Source of the DNA: a virus
Length of the DNA stretch: 64,000 bases
Direction: 5' to 3' (one strand)
Virus record (IMG/VR): IMGVR_UViG_3300037484_000104
Span: 1-64,000 of that record
The translations under genes were made by a program, and so were the position numbers. Of the stretch, positions 21,232-30,263 are shown piece by piece. Each line of letters begins with the position of its first letter. The first letter of the stretch is position 1. The notes beneath the pieces are model-generated. The model made no database searches. It saw nothing but the letters and a program-made list of their open reading frames with translations, and was not told the origin of the DNA.

Positions 21232-22182
21232 TTAATTCAATTGTATATCCTCTACTTCAAATGGATTATCTTCTATAGTTGGACATCTTTCAAGTAATTC
21301 AGATAATTGTAATACTTCGTCTGCTGGTTGAATAAATCCTACAGAACGTTTATTTTCTGATGCTGAAATGATTACTTCAATTACCTCACCTGTTTTTTCA
21401 AAAGTAATGTTAGATGCTATTACATCTCTTAGTATGTGTTTAATTCTATCAATAGACATGTTATCATAGTCTTTAACTTTATTTACTAATGACATAATAT
21501 CTAATTTAGATTTATAAGAATCTGGTATTAGACTATTAATTACTGATTCTAGTACAACATCATCCTTGAATTTAAATTCAAATATCTTCTCAAACCTACT
21601 TGGTCTATCTTGTATATATCCGGGTAGGTTATTTGTTTCATTGACAGTAGCTATAATAATAAGATTGTCCCTTTCTTTAGCACCACTTAAAAATGATAAC
21701 ATTGCTGTATCATATGATCTAAATGTTTTTTCAAACTCATCCATTATGAGTACTATTTTTCTATCTGGATCATCAGAACGTATCTGATCTATTATATCAC
21801 TATAATCAGTTGATACAGTAGCTAGTATTCCAATAGCATTATGTTTTTGACAGATTTCTTCTGCTAACATACCTGCGTAATAGGTTTTGCCAGTACCCCC
21901 TTCTCCATTGAACATAATACCTACTTTATTTTTCATATTCAATATTTTACGAGCTTCCATTATAGATTCTGTAAAGAAATTATTCATGAAATCTCTAGCT
22001 TCTTTGTATACTCCAGCATTAATCCATATCCCTTGTTTATAAGTATCATTTTTAGTCAACTTAGTTGTAGGATCCATCATTGTAGGGATAGTTATATTAT
22101 AAACACTTGGGTCTAATTTTTTGACAGTATTAGTACCAGATTGTCCTATTACTGTGTAAATGTCATTATTTAGTAAAAACAT
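21232..22182 (-). CDS. AAA+ ATPase
   Basis: Walker A GEGGTGKT, Walker B LIMDEFEK, sensor ATVN, and DRPSRF arginine finger. Confidence 0.85.
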   Translation of the reverse strand: MFLLNNDIYTVIGQSGTNTVKKLDPSVYNITIPTMMDPTTKLTKNDTYKQGIWINAGVYKEARDFMNNFFTESIMEARKILNMKNKVGIMFNGEGGTGKTYYAGMLAEEICQKHNAIGILATVSTDYSDIIDQIRSDDPDRKIVLIMDEFEKTFRSYDTAMLSFLSGAKERDNLIIIATVNETNNLPGYIQDRPSRFEKIFEFKFKDDVVLESVINSLIPDSYKSKLDIMSLVNKVKDYDNMSIDRIKHILRDVIASNITFEKTGEVIEVIISASENKRSVGFIQPADEVLQLSELLERCPTIEDNPFEVEDIQLN

Positions 22183-22216
22183 ATATGTTAATTTTGTTAA
22201 GTTTGTAAATTGTAAT

Positions 22217-22333
22217 TGGACTCTAGACAGGATTCGAACCTGTACGAGATAATTTGATACATGGGTTATATACTCATATTGTACAATATGTATCTCTCCC
22301 CATCTCAGTGTCTACCCTTTCACCACTAGAGTC
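22217..22333 (-). ncRNA. tRNA-like RNA (Leu-type D arm) with the anticodon loop replaced by a ~51-nt structured insert
   Basis: Minus strand: (G)ACTCTAG TG GTG-AAAGGGTAGA-CAC T GAGAT [insert] ATCTC GT ACAGG-TTCGAAT-CCTGT CTAGAGT CCA. Confidence 0.75.
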
Positions 22334-22384
22334 TTTATACTGTTTTAAAAAGATACTATCTCTTTAACATCACAGTCAGTGTTA

Positions 22385-22711
22385 TTATGCAGGTACTACT
22401 ACAGGAGTAAGATTAAATTCATATTTAGGTTCTTCACCAAATAAGTCTTTAAATGTTTCCAATGCTTCAGTAAATGACTTAGTTGCCATTTTAACTTTAA
22501 GAGCTAATCTAGCAATTGTACTAAAGTCAGGTTTGTTCTGAGAGTCAACTTTAGATTTACGAAGGTCTGTTTCAGAAGTCTTAATTTCTTTATACATGTT
22601 GAATAACTCTCCTTCTGCTTGAATTTGTAATTCTAATGCTGATTCTTCTAACTTAGTTACTTCAGCTTTATCGTTCTGTGCTTTCCAAAAATCTACTAAA
22701 AAATTTGTCAT
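22385..22711 (-). CDS. Hypothetical helical protein
   Basis: 108-aa ORF, co-oriented with neighbours. Confidence 0.6.
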   Translation of the reverse strand: MTNFLVDFWKAQNDKAEVTKLEESALELQIQAEGELFNMYKEIKTSETDLRKSKVDSQNKPDFSTIARLALKVKMATKSFTEALETFKDLFGEEPKYEFNLTPVVVPA

Positions 22712-22731
22712 ATTATTTAAGTTTTATATAT

Positions 22732-23037
22732 TTATATTAATAAAATTAATGTATCTGCTTCAGGTGCAGAAATAACCTTTAAATAAGATCTGGGAATTTC
22801 CACTTCATCTATATCTGAATGGTTTTCACTCCAATCTTCTTGATCTATACAATCACAGTAATGATCATCACAATCCTCACAATATGGGGTATATTTTCCT
22901 TTTATATAATTCATAGATATATAACTACTTCCTGGATAATAATCTAATACTATTCCAGTAACTCCTTCTTCTAATCCATCGTAGTCATCAGTTAATTGTA
23001 CTCTACAACCATCTTTGAATTCGTCATTATTCTTCAT
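22732..23037 (-). CDS. Small SH3/KOW-like protein with Cys-rich insert
   Basis: Start more likely at ATG 23037 (ATGA overlap with upstream gene). FKDGCRVQL..GVTGIV pattern and YCEDCDDHYCDC. Confidence 0.55.
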   Translation of the reverse strand: MKNNDEFKDGCRVQLTDDYDGLEEGVTGIVLDYYPGSSYISMNYIKGKYTPYCEDCDDHYCDCIDQEDWSENHSDIDEVEIPRSYLKVISAPEADTLILLI

Positions 23038-23267
23038 AGTAGTAGGATTAGTGTATCTGTAGAAAAAGTTATTGGTTTTAAGTTTAGGTAGTGATAGTAC
23101 CAACCATAACCATCTCTACATTTACCATTACATTGGTGTCCATTTATATGATCATCATGACATATTCCAACATCAGATCCTCGTATATCGACTATTGTAC
23201 CAATTAATCCAATTTTAAATTCGGTATAATCGTATATACAAACTCTATCTCCAATCTCAAATTCCAT
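23034..23267 (-). CDS. Small SH3/KOW-like phage protein
   Basis: FEIGDRVCI..GLIGTIV and GHQCNGKCRDGYGW. Confidence 0.6.
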   Translation of the reverse strand: MEFEIGDRVCIYDYTEFKIGLIGTIVDIRGSDVGICHDDHINGHQCNGKCRDGYGWYYHYLNLKPITFSTDTLILLL

Positions 23268-23369
23268 ATATTTAGCTATTTAGAAACCCTATATTAAACG
23301 ATATATACAAAGTGGTAGTTTACATCACTCTATATAGATCGTTTAACTATGAGGCTTAAAATGGGTTAA

Positions 23370-24173
23370 TTACCAACGTATATTAGGAACAGTAAACCAA
23401 TTGTAATCATTACTTCTTTTAGTCCGATTCAACCGTTCTTGTTCATCACGATTTTTACGTAATTCCTGTTCTTTTTCCTGTATCTTCTTTTCAGCAGCTA
23501 CACGAACAGCTTGATTAGTAAGAGCTAACCATATACGTTTAAAGATATTCATACCTATAAACTCATCACGCTGATCTTTAAGTTCTTTAATTTGAAGTTT
23601 CAAAGTAGCGATTTCCTCAGTGCGAAGTTTTTCCAGTTGTTCGTCAGTCTTATCTTCTTTTACTTTAGTAATCTCTTCTTGTAATTCCTTAATTTTAAGA
23701 TCTTTCTTAGTAGCTCGTTCTTTATAATCACGTTCTAGTTCTTCACCACGAAGTGTATATGATTGACGATTATTAGCTTCTTTACTTTCGTAGTCTTTAC
23801 GAAGTCTTTCAACTCGTGTATTATAATCTTCAATAGTAGATTTGGCTTCTTTAAGTTCTTTCTCTAATTTCTCGATATCAGATTTATACTTTTTATCAGT
23901 AGCCTTTTCTATGTCTATCTTAACAGAATCAAGATTACGATACTCTATCACATTAGTAGGTTTAAATCCATAACGATCTTCTTTCTGTTCAACTATACGA
24001 ACTTCAGGTTGTTTAGACTTAAGTTCTTCAATTCGTTCTTGAAGAGTTCCTATAGAATTTTCTAAAGTACCTATTTCACGATTAAGAGATTCTACATTAG
24101 TTTTAGAACTATTTAATTCTTCTGTTAATTCTAATACTTTATTTACTAGAGACATATCTTGTGTATTTTCCAT
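23370..24173 (-). CDS. Coiled-coil protein
   Basis: 267 aa, E/K-rich heptad character. Confidence 0.65.
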   Translation of the reverse strand: MENTQDMSLVNKVLELTEELNSSKTNVESLNREIGTLENSIGTLQERIEELKSKQPEVRIVEQKEDRYGFKPTNVIEYRNLDSVKIDIEKATDKKYKSDIEKLEKELKEAKSTIEDYNTRVERLRKDYESKEANNRQSYTLRGEELERDYKERATKKDLKIKELQEEITKVKEDKTDEQLEKLRTEEIATLKLQIKELKDQRDEFIGMNIFKRIWLALTNQAVRVAAEKKIQEKEQELRKNRDEQERLNRTKRSNDYNWFTVPNIRW

Positions 24174-24227
24174 AATTATATTTGTGTTATTTGTTATTAC
24201 TTATAAATTGTTAAAAATCTGAATTAA

Positions 24228-24779
24228 TTATTTAGTATATAGATATTTATCTATTTGGATAAAGGGAATCATTGCTGTAATAATAGAATCTAAATCTGTA
24301 ACTGCAATTAATTGTAAACGAGTTCTCAAATCTAATTTAATATCATCACGAATGCTCCAATCAGATATATTAATATCGAGGGCAATTAATGCTTTTTGTT
24401 GAGTACGCTGTTTCAATGAATCTAATTCTTCATTATAGACATCTAAAATTAATTCATCAGTAGCATTTACTAACCAATTTACTAATTCTCCTCCAGTTCC
24501 TCCCCAACTATCTTCTAATCTTGTATATTTAGTATCTATATCTTTTAACTTACGATATAAACTAGCTACTTCAAGATTAGTCTTATATTCTTTTTGAAGA
24601 TCAATAAGTTCTTCTTTGTATTCTTTAGAAGTTACTATTTCTTCATGAACTTTCATGTAATTATCAGAAACTAGAATTTCTTCTCTTTTTGCTTCTAATT
24701 GTGGATTGATATAATCTCTTTTAATTATATCTAATATATTTTCAATCTGACTGTTGTTCAACAATTGGATCTCTGTCAT
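24228..24779 (-). CDS. Hypothetical protein
   Basis: 183-aa ORF within the operon. Confidence 0.6.
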   Translation of the reverse strand: MTEIQLLNNSQIENILDIIKRDYINPQLEAKREEILVSDNYMKVHEEIVTSKEYKEELIDLQKEYKTNLEVASLYRKLKDIDTKYTRLEDSWGGTGGELVNWLVNATDELILDVYNEELDSLKQRTQQKALIALDINISDWSIRDDIKLDLRTRLQLIAVTDLDSIITAMIPFIQIDKYLYTK

Positions 24780-25254
24780 TTTCGAGTAATTTAAAATTAA
24801 ACATGTTGTATAACGACCCCATATTTTTAGTCTCTTGTTGGAGATTAAACTTAGGCCAGTACTCCTTCTCTAAGGAAGGATATAGCACTTTGTCAGCTTT
24901 TTTTGACCAGTAATCTAATATTTTTTGTGTCTTATATAAAACACTATGGAAGTATGATGTTTCATCTTCCTGCCAAAAGTAAAGTATCTGTTGTTTTGAT
25001 TTATATGATAAGTTGGAATATTTACTCTTGACTATTAAGTCTCTTTCTGGAACTACTTCTTTAGGTAGTCTAAATCTAGCTTGATTATCATCAAACTCTA
25101 TAATTATACTATTCTCTGGTTCTATCATTTTACTATCAGAAATATAGCAATCTATGAAATGATCGAAAAGTATGGCAGTATGTTGTATTCCTGGATATAG
25201 TAAAGGTAGGAGAAAAATTGTAGTTTTACTCTTCTTTATACTAATAATATCCAT
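24742..25254 (-). CDS. Hypothetical crAss-like protein
   Basis: KTTIFLLPLL and SKYS motifs; follows the PD-(D/E)xK gene as in crAss-like replication modules. Confidence 0.55.
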   Translation of the reverse strand: MDIISIKKSKTTIFLLPLLYPGIQHTAILFDHFIDCYISDSKMIEPENSIIIEFDDNQARFRLPKEVVPERDLIVKSKYSNLSYKSKQQILYFWQEDETSYFHSVLYKTQKILDYWSKKADKVLYPSLEKEYWPKFNLQQETKNMGSLYNMFNFKLLENDRDPIVEQQSD

Positions 25255-26225
25255 TATAATGTTTCTATTCCATTATTTTCATAATATTCTCTTCTATGTT
25301 CCCATAAGTTATTGTCATAATGCCATTTAATCTTAGGAAGCACTTCTTCTATCTCATTTAATCCTTTAGATAACCAATTTTCAGATATTTCTAATACTCT
25401 ACATTCAGGAAGATCTCCTTTTTGTAAACCTACTATATAAGTCTTCTTAGTATATTTATCTATATTGATATCTTTATCTTTACAGAATTGATGTAATGCT
25501 GCCCAATAGAATACCATTTGTCGATAGTAACTAAATTCTTCAAATGAATGAGAAAAATCACCTAAATTAGATGTAGTCTTTATATCTACTAACTTAATTA
25601 TCTTATTAGTATGATCTATCACTAGTCTATCTAACATAGATTTACATGGTATTCCAAACCATTCAAAGAATATGATATTTTCGTTATATTCCTCTATATT
25701 CATCATTCTATCCTCATCTGTAAGGTATAGAAGTTTACTAGCTGCAATATGTGTTTTAGTACATTCTGCTAAATCTTCTATTAACTTATTGTCAGTATAT
25801 GTAAGTACATCTTTAACTTCAGATCTTTTTTTAAGATAAGTAATATACCTACTTAATTGTTTCTTAAGCTCCGTCGCTTTCTCAAGTATTTTGTCCTCGG
25901 TAAGCTTTTCGGTTGTATAGTTATTTTTGTAGGCGTAGATAAGTTTATCGTCTGCTTTTCTAGAGGAGTAGGCAATGTAATCTTCGCAAAACTTTCGTTG
26001 GTTCTCGGATTTAGGTGTGTCATAATCCAAGTATATGTAATTTTTACTAAATTCATTTGGTTCTAGTATTTTCATGTGAATCTTCTTACCTATCTCAAAG
26101 TATCTTTTAGTCTCTTGTTCTATCTCTTTATCAAGCATTTTCTTGAAAAATAGAGGAGATGTTTCAAACCACTTTAGTGATGATGAAGATACTCGTTTCT
26201 CACTGTAATATTCTTTTTCAGTCAT
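25254..26225 (-). CDS. PD-(D/E)xK exonuclease (RecE/ExoVIII-like, DUF3799-type)
   Basis: VSSSSLK, GKKIH..ILEP, KSMLDRL, VDIKTT and YYRQMVFY motifs; ATG at 26225. Confidence 0.8.
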   Translation of the reverse strand: MTEKEYYSEKRVSSSSLKWFETSPLFFKKMLDKEIEQETKRYFEIGKKIHMKILEPNEFSKNYIYLDYDTPKSENQRKFCEDYIAYSSRKADDKLIYAYKNNYTTEKLTEDKILEKATELKKQLSRYITYLKKRSEVKDVLTYTDNKLIEDLAECTKTHIAASKLLYLTDEDRMMNIEEYNENIIFFEWFGIPCKSMLDRLVIDHTNKIIKLVDIKTTSNLGDFSHSFEEFSYYRQMVFYWAALHQFCKDKDINIDKYTKKTYIVGLQKGDLPECRVLEISENWLSKGLNEIEEVLPKIKWHYDNNLWEHRREYYENNGIETL

Positions 26226-26340
26226 AGTTTTCAAACCTTTCTTTAAGTTCTGAATCTATGAGATTTAAACACTCAATTAGTTGATCTTTATCTAAAATAA
26301 AGTCTTGTAATATAAGTTCAATTGATCTTCTTATGTTCAT
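26218..26340 (-). CDS. Small hypothetical protein (40 aa, not in the ORF track)
   Basis: MNIRRSIELILQDF...; fills the gap and overlaps both neighbours. Confidence 0.45.
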   Translation of the reverse strand: MNIRRSIELILQDFILDKDQLIECLNLIDSELKERFENYD

Positions 26341-26783
26341 TTATTTGACTGTATTAATTCTATACATTGATCTACCTGTTTTTGATTTTTTGGTAAATAT
26401 AAGTCAAATTTGATATTGTTGTCAGTTAGATATTTTTTGAAAATCTTCCACCTTAATTTGAAGGAATCTGTGGATACTCCTTTAGTTTCTATTAACCATC
26501 CAGTACCTATAAAGTCTGGAGTATACTTTAATGATTGATATTTAGGAGTACGCTTAGATAATAAAGCACCTCTTTTCTTATCACTTTCATATACAAGACA
26601 TTGGTATGTAAAAGGTATTTGTAAGACAAAGCTAGTAGGCTCATACTCAAAGATTAACCCTGCTTTCTTCAATGCTTTGTAACAATATACTTCTAGACTA
26701 CTATCAAAGGTTATTCCATTATAAATAGGTTTATCCTTTCGTTTACTAGGACTGTTAATGTGTTTTTTTCCTAGTTTCCTCAT
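26337..26783 (-). CDS. T7 endonuclease I-like / Holliday junction resolvase
   Basis: FDSSLE, FEYEP, YTPDF and IETKG motifs. Confidence 0.8.
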   Translation of the reverse strand: MRKLGKKHINSPSKRKDKPIYNGITFDSSLEVYCYKALKKAGLIFEYEPTSFVLQIPFTYQCLVYESDKKRGALLSKRTPKYQSLKYTPDFIGTGWLIETKGVSTDSFKLRWKIFKKYLTDNNIKFDLYLPKNQKQVDQCIELIQSNK

Positions 26784-26998
26784 TATGACTTGCTTTTAAA
26801 CTTATCACAACGACCTCTAGATAATACTGTAAATCTTACTAAATTAGAATAGGTGCATATATATTCCCAATCACCTGTTCCTATTGTATATTTACAATTA
26901 GAACATGTTCCAGCAGGAATTTCTGTATATCCTATTTTAAGTTTTGTTAATTCAACTAATTTATCTTCATCACTTAATTTGTTTATTTCATTTCCCAT
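26783..26998 (-). CDS. Small Cys-rich protein
   Basis: CSNCKY...C...C pattern. Confidence 0.55.
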   Translation of the reverse strand: MGNEINKLSDEDKLVELTKLKIGYTEIPAGTCSNCKYTIGTGDWEYICTYSNLVRFTVLSRGRCDKFKSKS

Positions 26999-27965
26999 TA
27001 TTTAATAAATTATTTAATAGTTCTTTACTACTATCTAATCCATACTCTTTTGTATAATCTGAGATGTCTTTAGGTCTGTTCTCTGGAATAAATATTGTTG
27101 TTAATTCAAATTTGTTAGCTATCTTATTAGCACCATTACGTCCAGCTTGATCGTTATCATAGAAGACGATTATCTTAGTAAATCTATCTTTCAATGTAGT
27201 TATAACTTTCTCTGGAATAGAGTGATTCTCTCCTTGCGGAGCAATAGCTTGATACCCTAATTTGTGAAGCACCATCACATCTTTTAATGCCTTAGTAATT
27301 ATTAAGAGATCTCCATTCATAGATAGTTGTTCATATCCCTGAATATCATATGATCCACAATTACTAATCCATTTGTATTTCTTCTCTGATAAAGGCTTAT
27401 ATATTTTGAACTTGTTGTATAGTTCATAAGCATACCCTGGATTATCCCATTTATAGGCCCAAGGTTGAATTATCCCATTTAACCAATATTCAGATATAGG
27501 ATAGACATTAAAGTGTCTTAAATCGTCTCTAAATAGGCTAAATTGACCCCAGTACTCATCATCAGCTTTACAGAAGGGTTTCTTCTTAACAGATATAATA
27601 GTACTTATAGTTTTATAATCTTGTTGAATATCTATACCTTCTACAGAGTATGTTAAATTATCATTCTCTATATCAGCAAGTATTCTTAATACCGCTTCTC
27701 GATAAGATATACTAAATAGTTTGGATACAAATGTTATACAATTACCGAACACTCCAGTTGCCTGATCTTTGAATAATAGTTGTCCATATTTCTCTGATTT
27801 GAATATACCAAATGAAGGGTGTTTATCTTTTCTTAAAGGTGATAGCATTATCCTACCTATATCAAAGTTATCTCCTATATAGTATGAGTATATGTCATAT
27901 TCTGTAGTAGATTCTAGTATAGTTTGTAATGCTAATTCCTCATCTATTAATCTAGTATCATACAT
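26988..27965 (-). CDS. DNA primase (DnaG/TOPRIM, crAss-type)
   Basis: SPLRKDKHPSF N-domain, IITKALKDVM, APQGE, and FYDNDQAG TOPRIM DxD. Confidence 0.85.
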   Translation of the reverse strand: MYDTRLIDEELALQTILESTTEYDIYSYYIGDNFDIGRIMLSPLRKDKHPSFGIFKSEKYGQLLFKDQATGVFGNCITFVSKLFSISYREAVLRILADIENDNLTYSVEGIDIQQDYKTISTIISVKKKPFCKADDEYWGQFSLFRDDLRHFNVYPISEYWLNGIIQPWAYKWDNPGYAYELYNKFKIYKPLSEKKYKWISNCGSYDIQGYEQLSMNGDLLIITKALKDVMVLHKLGYQAIAPQGENHSIPEKVITTLKDRFTKIIVFYDNDQAGRNGANKIANKFELTTIFIPENRPKDISDYTKEYGLDSSKELLNNLLNNGK

Positions 27966-28175
27966 TTAATCATCGTGTGAGCATAAGCAATTATGTGATG
28001 TCATCCAACAAACTGCACAATTGTGTCCCATATGAACAGAAATTAGAGTATAGTCTGGTTCATCCCATTCAAAACTATTATATGGATTAATTTTATGTTC
28101 TGGTTCTATTTCTTCTTTAATTTCTCTATCAATTTTTTGTTTATGAAAGTTTGATAAAGTTCTATAATCTACCAT
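27966..28175 (-). CDS. Small Zn-binding protein
   Basis: CAVC...HNCLC. Confidence 0.5.
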   Translation of the reverse strand: MVDYRTLSNFHKQKIDREIKEEIEPEHKINPYNSFEWDEPDYTLISVHMGHNCAVCWMTSHNCLCSHDD

Positions 28176-28180
28176 GTTTA

Positions 28181-28216
28181 AAAGAATAAAAGGACTAGTC
28201 TGTTACAACTAGTCCT
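28181..28216 (-). terminator. Intrinsic terminator
   Basis: AGGACTAGT/ACTAGTCCT stem followed by a U-rich tract on the minus strand. Confidence 0.7.
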
Positions 28217-28224
28217 GATGATAT

Positions 28225-28809
28225 TTAGTTAATAAACGAATTTTCTGAATTTGTTGAGAAAGGATTTGATGTAGGTGCAATAGGATCTGGAGTCCTAGTC
28301 ATCTTATCTATAGAGAGAACTTTAATAGATGTTTCTTTATTGCTATCTCCTAGATTACCATTGGTGTCCATTCTTTCAATGAATCTAAATTTCCAATAGT
28401 TTGGTAAACTGGTATATTGTGTACCAGAGTATACAAATTTAACTCGGAGTTTAACTCCTACAAATTTGTCACCAATTATTGATATTGTTTTCTTAGCGAA
28501 ATCCTCGAATGAAATTGCACTAAATACAAATTGTTCTTTTGTAACAAAACATAAGGCAATTTGTTTAATACGACTCATTTGATTCATTTCTTTTTCAGCT
28601 AACTTTTCTGGAGTTTCTGCTGATGCTTTCCATTCTGTATGAGATCCTTTCGAACCTTTACCATCTACAAAATAGAAGGCTAAGAATTCTTTACCATTCT
28701 TGCTAATTCCATACTCTACTTTTGTCATTTCGACATTTTCATGGATACCAGCATCAATAAAATTGGCTCCTTTTTCTTCAAATGGGGTATCTAACGTAAC
28801 GTTGTACAT
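28225..28809 (-). CDS. Putative single-stranded DNA-binding protein (crAss-type)
   Basis: Lies between the Sak4-like ATPase and the primase; predicted beta-rich with a flexible C-tail. Call is mainly synteny-based. Confidence 0.55.
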   Translation of the reverse strand: MYNVTLDTPFEEKGANFIDAGIHENVEMTKVEYGISKNGKEFLAFYFVDGKGSKGSHTEWKASAETPEKLAEKEMNQMSRIKQIALCFVTKEQFVFSAISFEDFAKKTISIIGDKFVGVKLRVKFVYSGTQYTSLPNYWKFRFIERMDTNGNLGDSNKETSIKVLSIDKMTRTPDPIAPTSNPFSTNSENSFIN

Positions 28810-28895
28810 ACTTAATTTATTTTATAAGTAATATTCACAACTTTAATAAGGCATTTCTGATAACTTAGTTATTTTTGCTTGAATACTTATTGTTA

Positions 28896-29549
28896 TTAAT
28901 TATTATTGTTTAAAACTGTTCTTATATGTTGTAGAAACGAATTACTATCATTAGGAATAGTATCCTGCTCGTTTACCAAGAACATTGGTGGACATTTAGC
29001 AGAATCTTTACCGTCAGTGTTTAACTTAAGATAGTATTCTTTCTTCTCATCTTTAATACGCATATCAGCAAAAGTCACTATGGTAAAGTCTTTTTCAACC
29101 ATACCTTCGTATTCTTTACCCTTCACTTTTACACGTTTTTCAATTGCACCACCTTCATTCTGTATCCACTCATAATGAGCTGTAACAAAAATATCTTTAG
29201 GATATTTCTTGAATAAGAAAGCTAATTTAGCAATTTCTTCGTTGTACATATTCCAAGTATCAAAACCTTTTTTGGTTTCTCTAGCTGTTTTAAGTACAGA
29301 GTCCATATAAGTACTATATGAATCGAAGACTACTTCTGTTATTTCTGGTATCTTTGCAAACTCTATCAATTTTGTATAAGCATCTTGCCAACTATTTGGA
29401 CTGTAATAATGCTTAAATTTGTTTATGAATGGTAATGGTTTACCTTCCATATTGATAAATCCACAGGTTTCAGGATTCATATTTCTAAAAGAATATGTTT
29501 TACCTCTACCTGGAGATCCAACTATCATTACTTGATAGGGAGTAGTCAT
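28896..29549 (-). CDS. Sak4-like / AAA_24 ATPase
   Basis: GSPGRGKT Walker A, VVFDS Walker B, FVTAH and SAKCP motifs. Confidence 0.85.
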   Translation of the reverse strand: MTTPYQVMIVGSPGRGKTYSFRNMNPETCGFINMEGKPLPFINKFKHYYSPNSWQDAYTKLIEFAKIPEITEVVFDSYSTYMDSVLKTARETKKGFDTWNMYNEEIAKLAFLFKKYPKDIFVTAHYEWIQNEGGAIEKRVKVKGKEYEGMVEKDFTIVTFADMRIKDEKKEYYLKLNTDGKDSAKCPPMFLVNEQDTIPNDSNSFLQHIRTVLNNNN

Positions 29550-29566
29550 GTTTGCATTGTTTAAAA

Positions 29567-29666
29567 ATAAGATTATTGGTCAATTAGACACATCTCTTAT
29601 TATCGGGCAAGTCTAAATTGTCCGGTTAGTTTGAACTAACTTATCATAACTAACCAATAATCTTAT
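29567..29666 (-). ncRNA. Intergenic multibranch RNA closed by a ~20-bp stem, followed by a U-tract
   Basis: ATAAGATTATTGGTTAGTTA/TAATTGACCAATAATCTTAT encloses two hairpins. Confidence 0.5.
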
Positions 29667-29673
29667 AGGTTAA

Positions 29674-30249
29674 TTATATTAGTTGTAAATAGTAACCTTT
29701 ATAGTCACTTAATACTTCAAATTTCTGACCACGAATCTTTACAGTTTCTTCACCATAAAAATTTGTATGAATATCATACTGGTCATAACCAACTTTAACA
29801 TAATTGTTAAAAATAGTTACTTTTTCTTCTTTACGACTAGAAACCCATTCACCATCACGAATGATAGTATCACGTCGACATTTTGTGCTAAACGGACAAT
29901 AGTCACAGATATCACAAGTTGTTGCTGGTTTGTAAACGTTTTCAAAGAAATTATTAATTAGTTTCTCAATTTTCTTGAAATCATCCGAAAGTTTATAGAT
30001 AGGAAGATCTAAATCTATAACATCATTGCTACTAGTTTCCCGATAAACTTCTTTTGTTTTAAATACTAGGTAATCACCATATTTAATTTTGGCAGCTACT
30101 TTATTGTATTTATTGATCAATTTAACTAAAGCTGGGATATATAAAGGTCCACGATCGTTTACCTTAACCACAAATTCTTTAGCTAACTGTTCTTTTTTCG
30201 GAGTTTCTGTCAAAAATGATAAAACTGATAATTCTATGATATTAATCAT
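29674..30249 (-). CDS. Hypothetical protein with CxxCxxC..C cluster
   Basis: 191 aa; CDICDYCPFSTKC. Confidence 0.6.
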   Translation of the reverse strand: MINIIELSVLSFLTETPKKEQLAKEFVVKVNDRGPLYIPALVKLINKYNKVAAKIKYGDYLVFKTKEVYRETSSNDVIDLDLPIYKLSDDFKKIEKLINNFFENVYKPATTCDICDYCPFSTKCRRDTIIRDGEWVSSRKEEKVTIFNNYVKVGYDQYDIHTNFYGEETVKIRGQKFEVLSDYKGYYLQLI

Positions 30250-30263
30250 ATTTGTTATTTTTA

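Noticed and set aside
22183-22216. Theta/HDV-like ribozyme downstream of the tRNA-like gene
   Set aside because: The 3' trailer is a short A/C/T-rich leader with no nested pseudoknot.
29567-29666. Hammerhead ribozyme
   Set aside because: TGATAA only loosely resembles CUGANGA, and there is no GAAA core after the stem.
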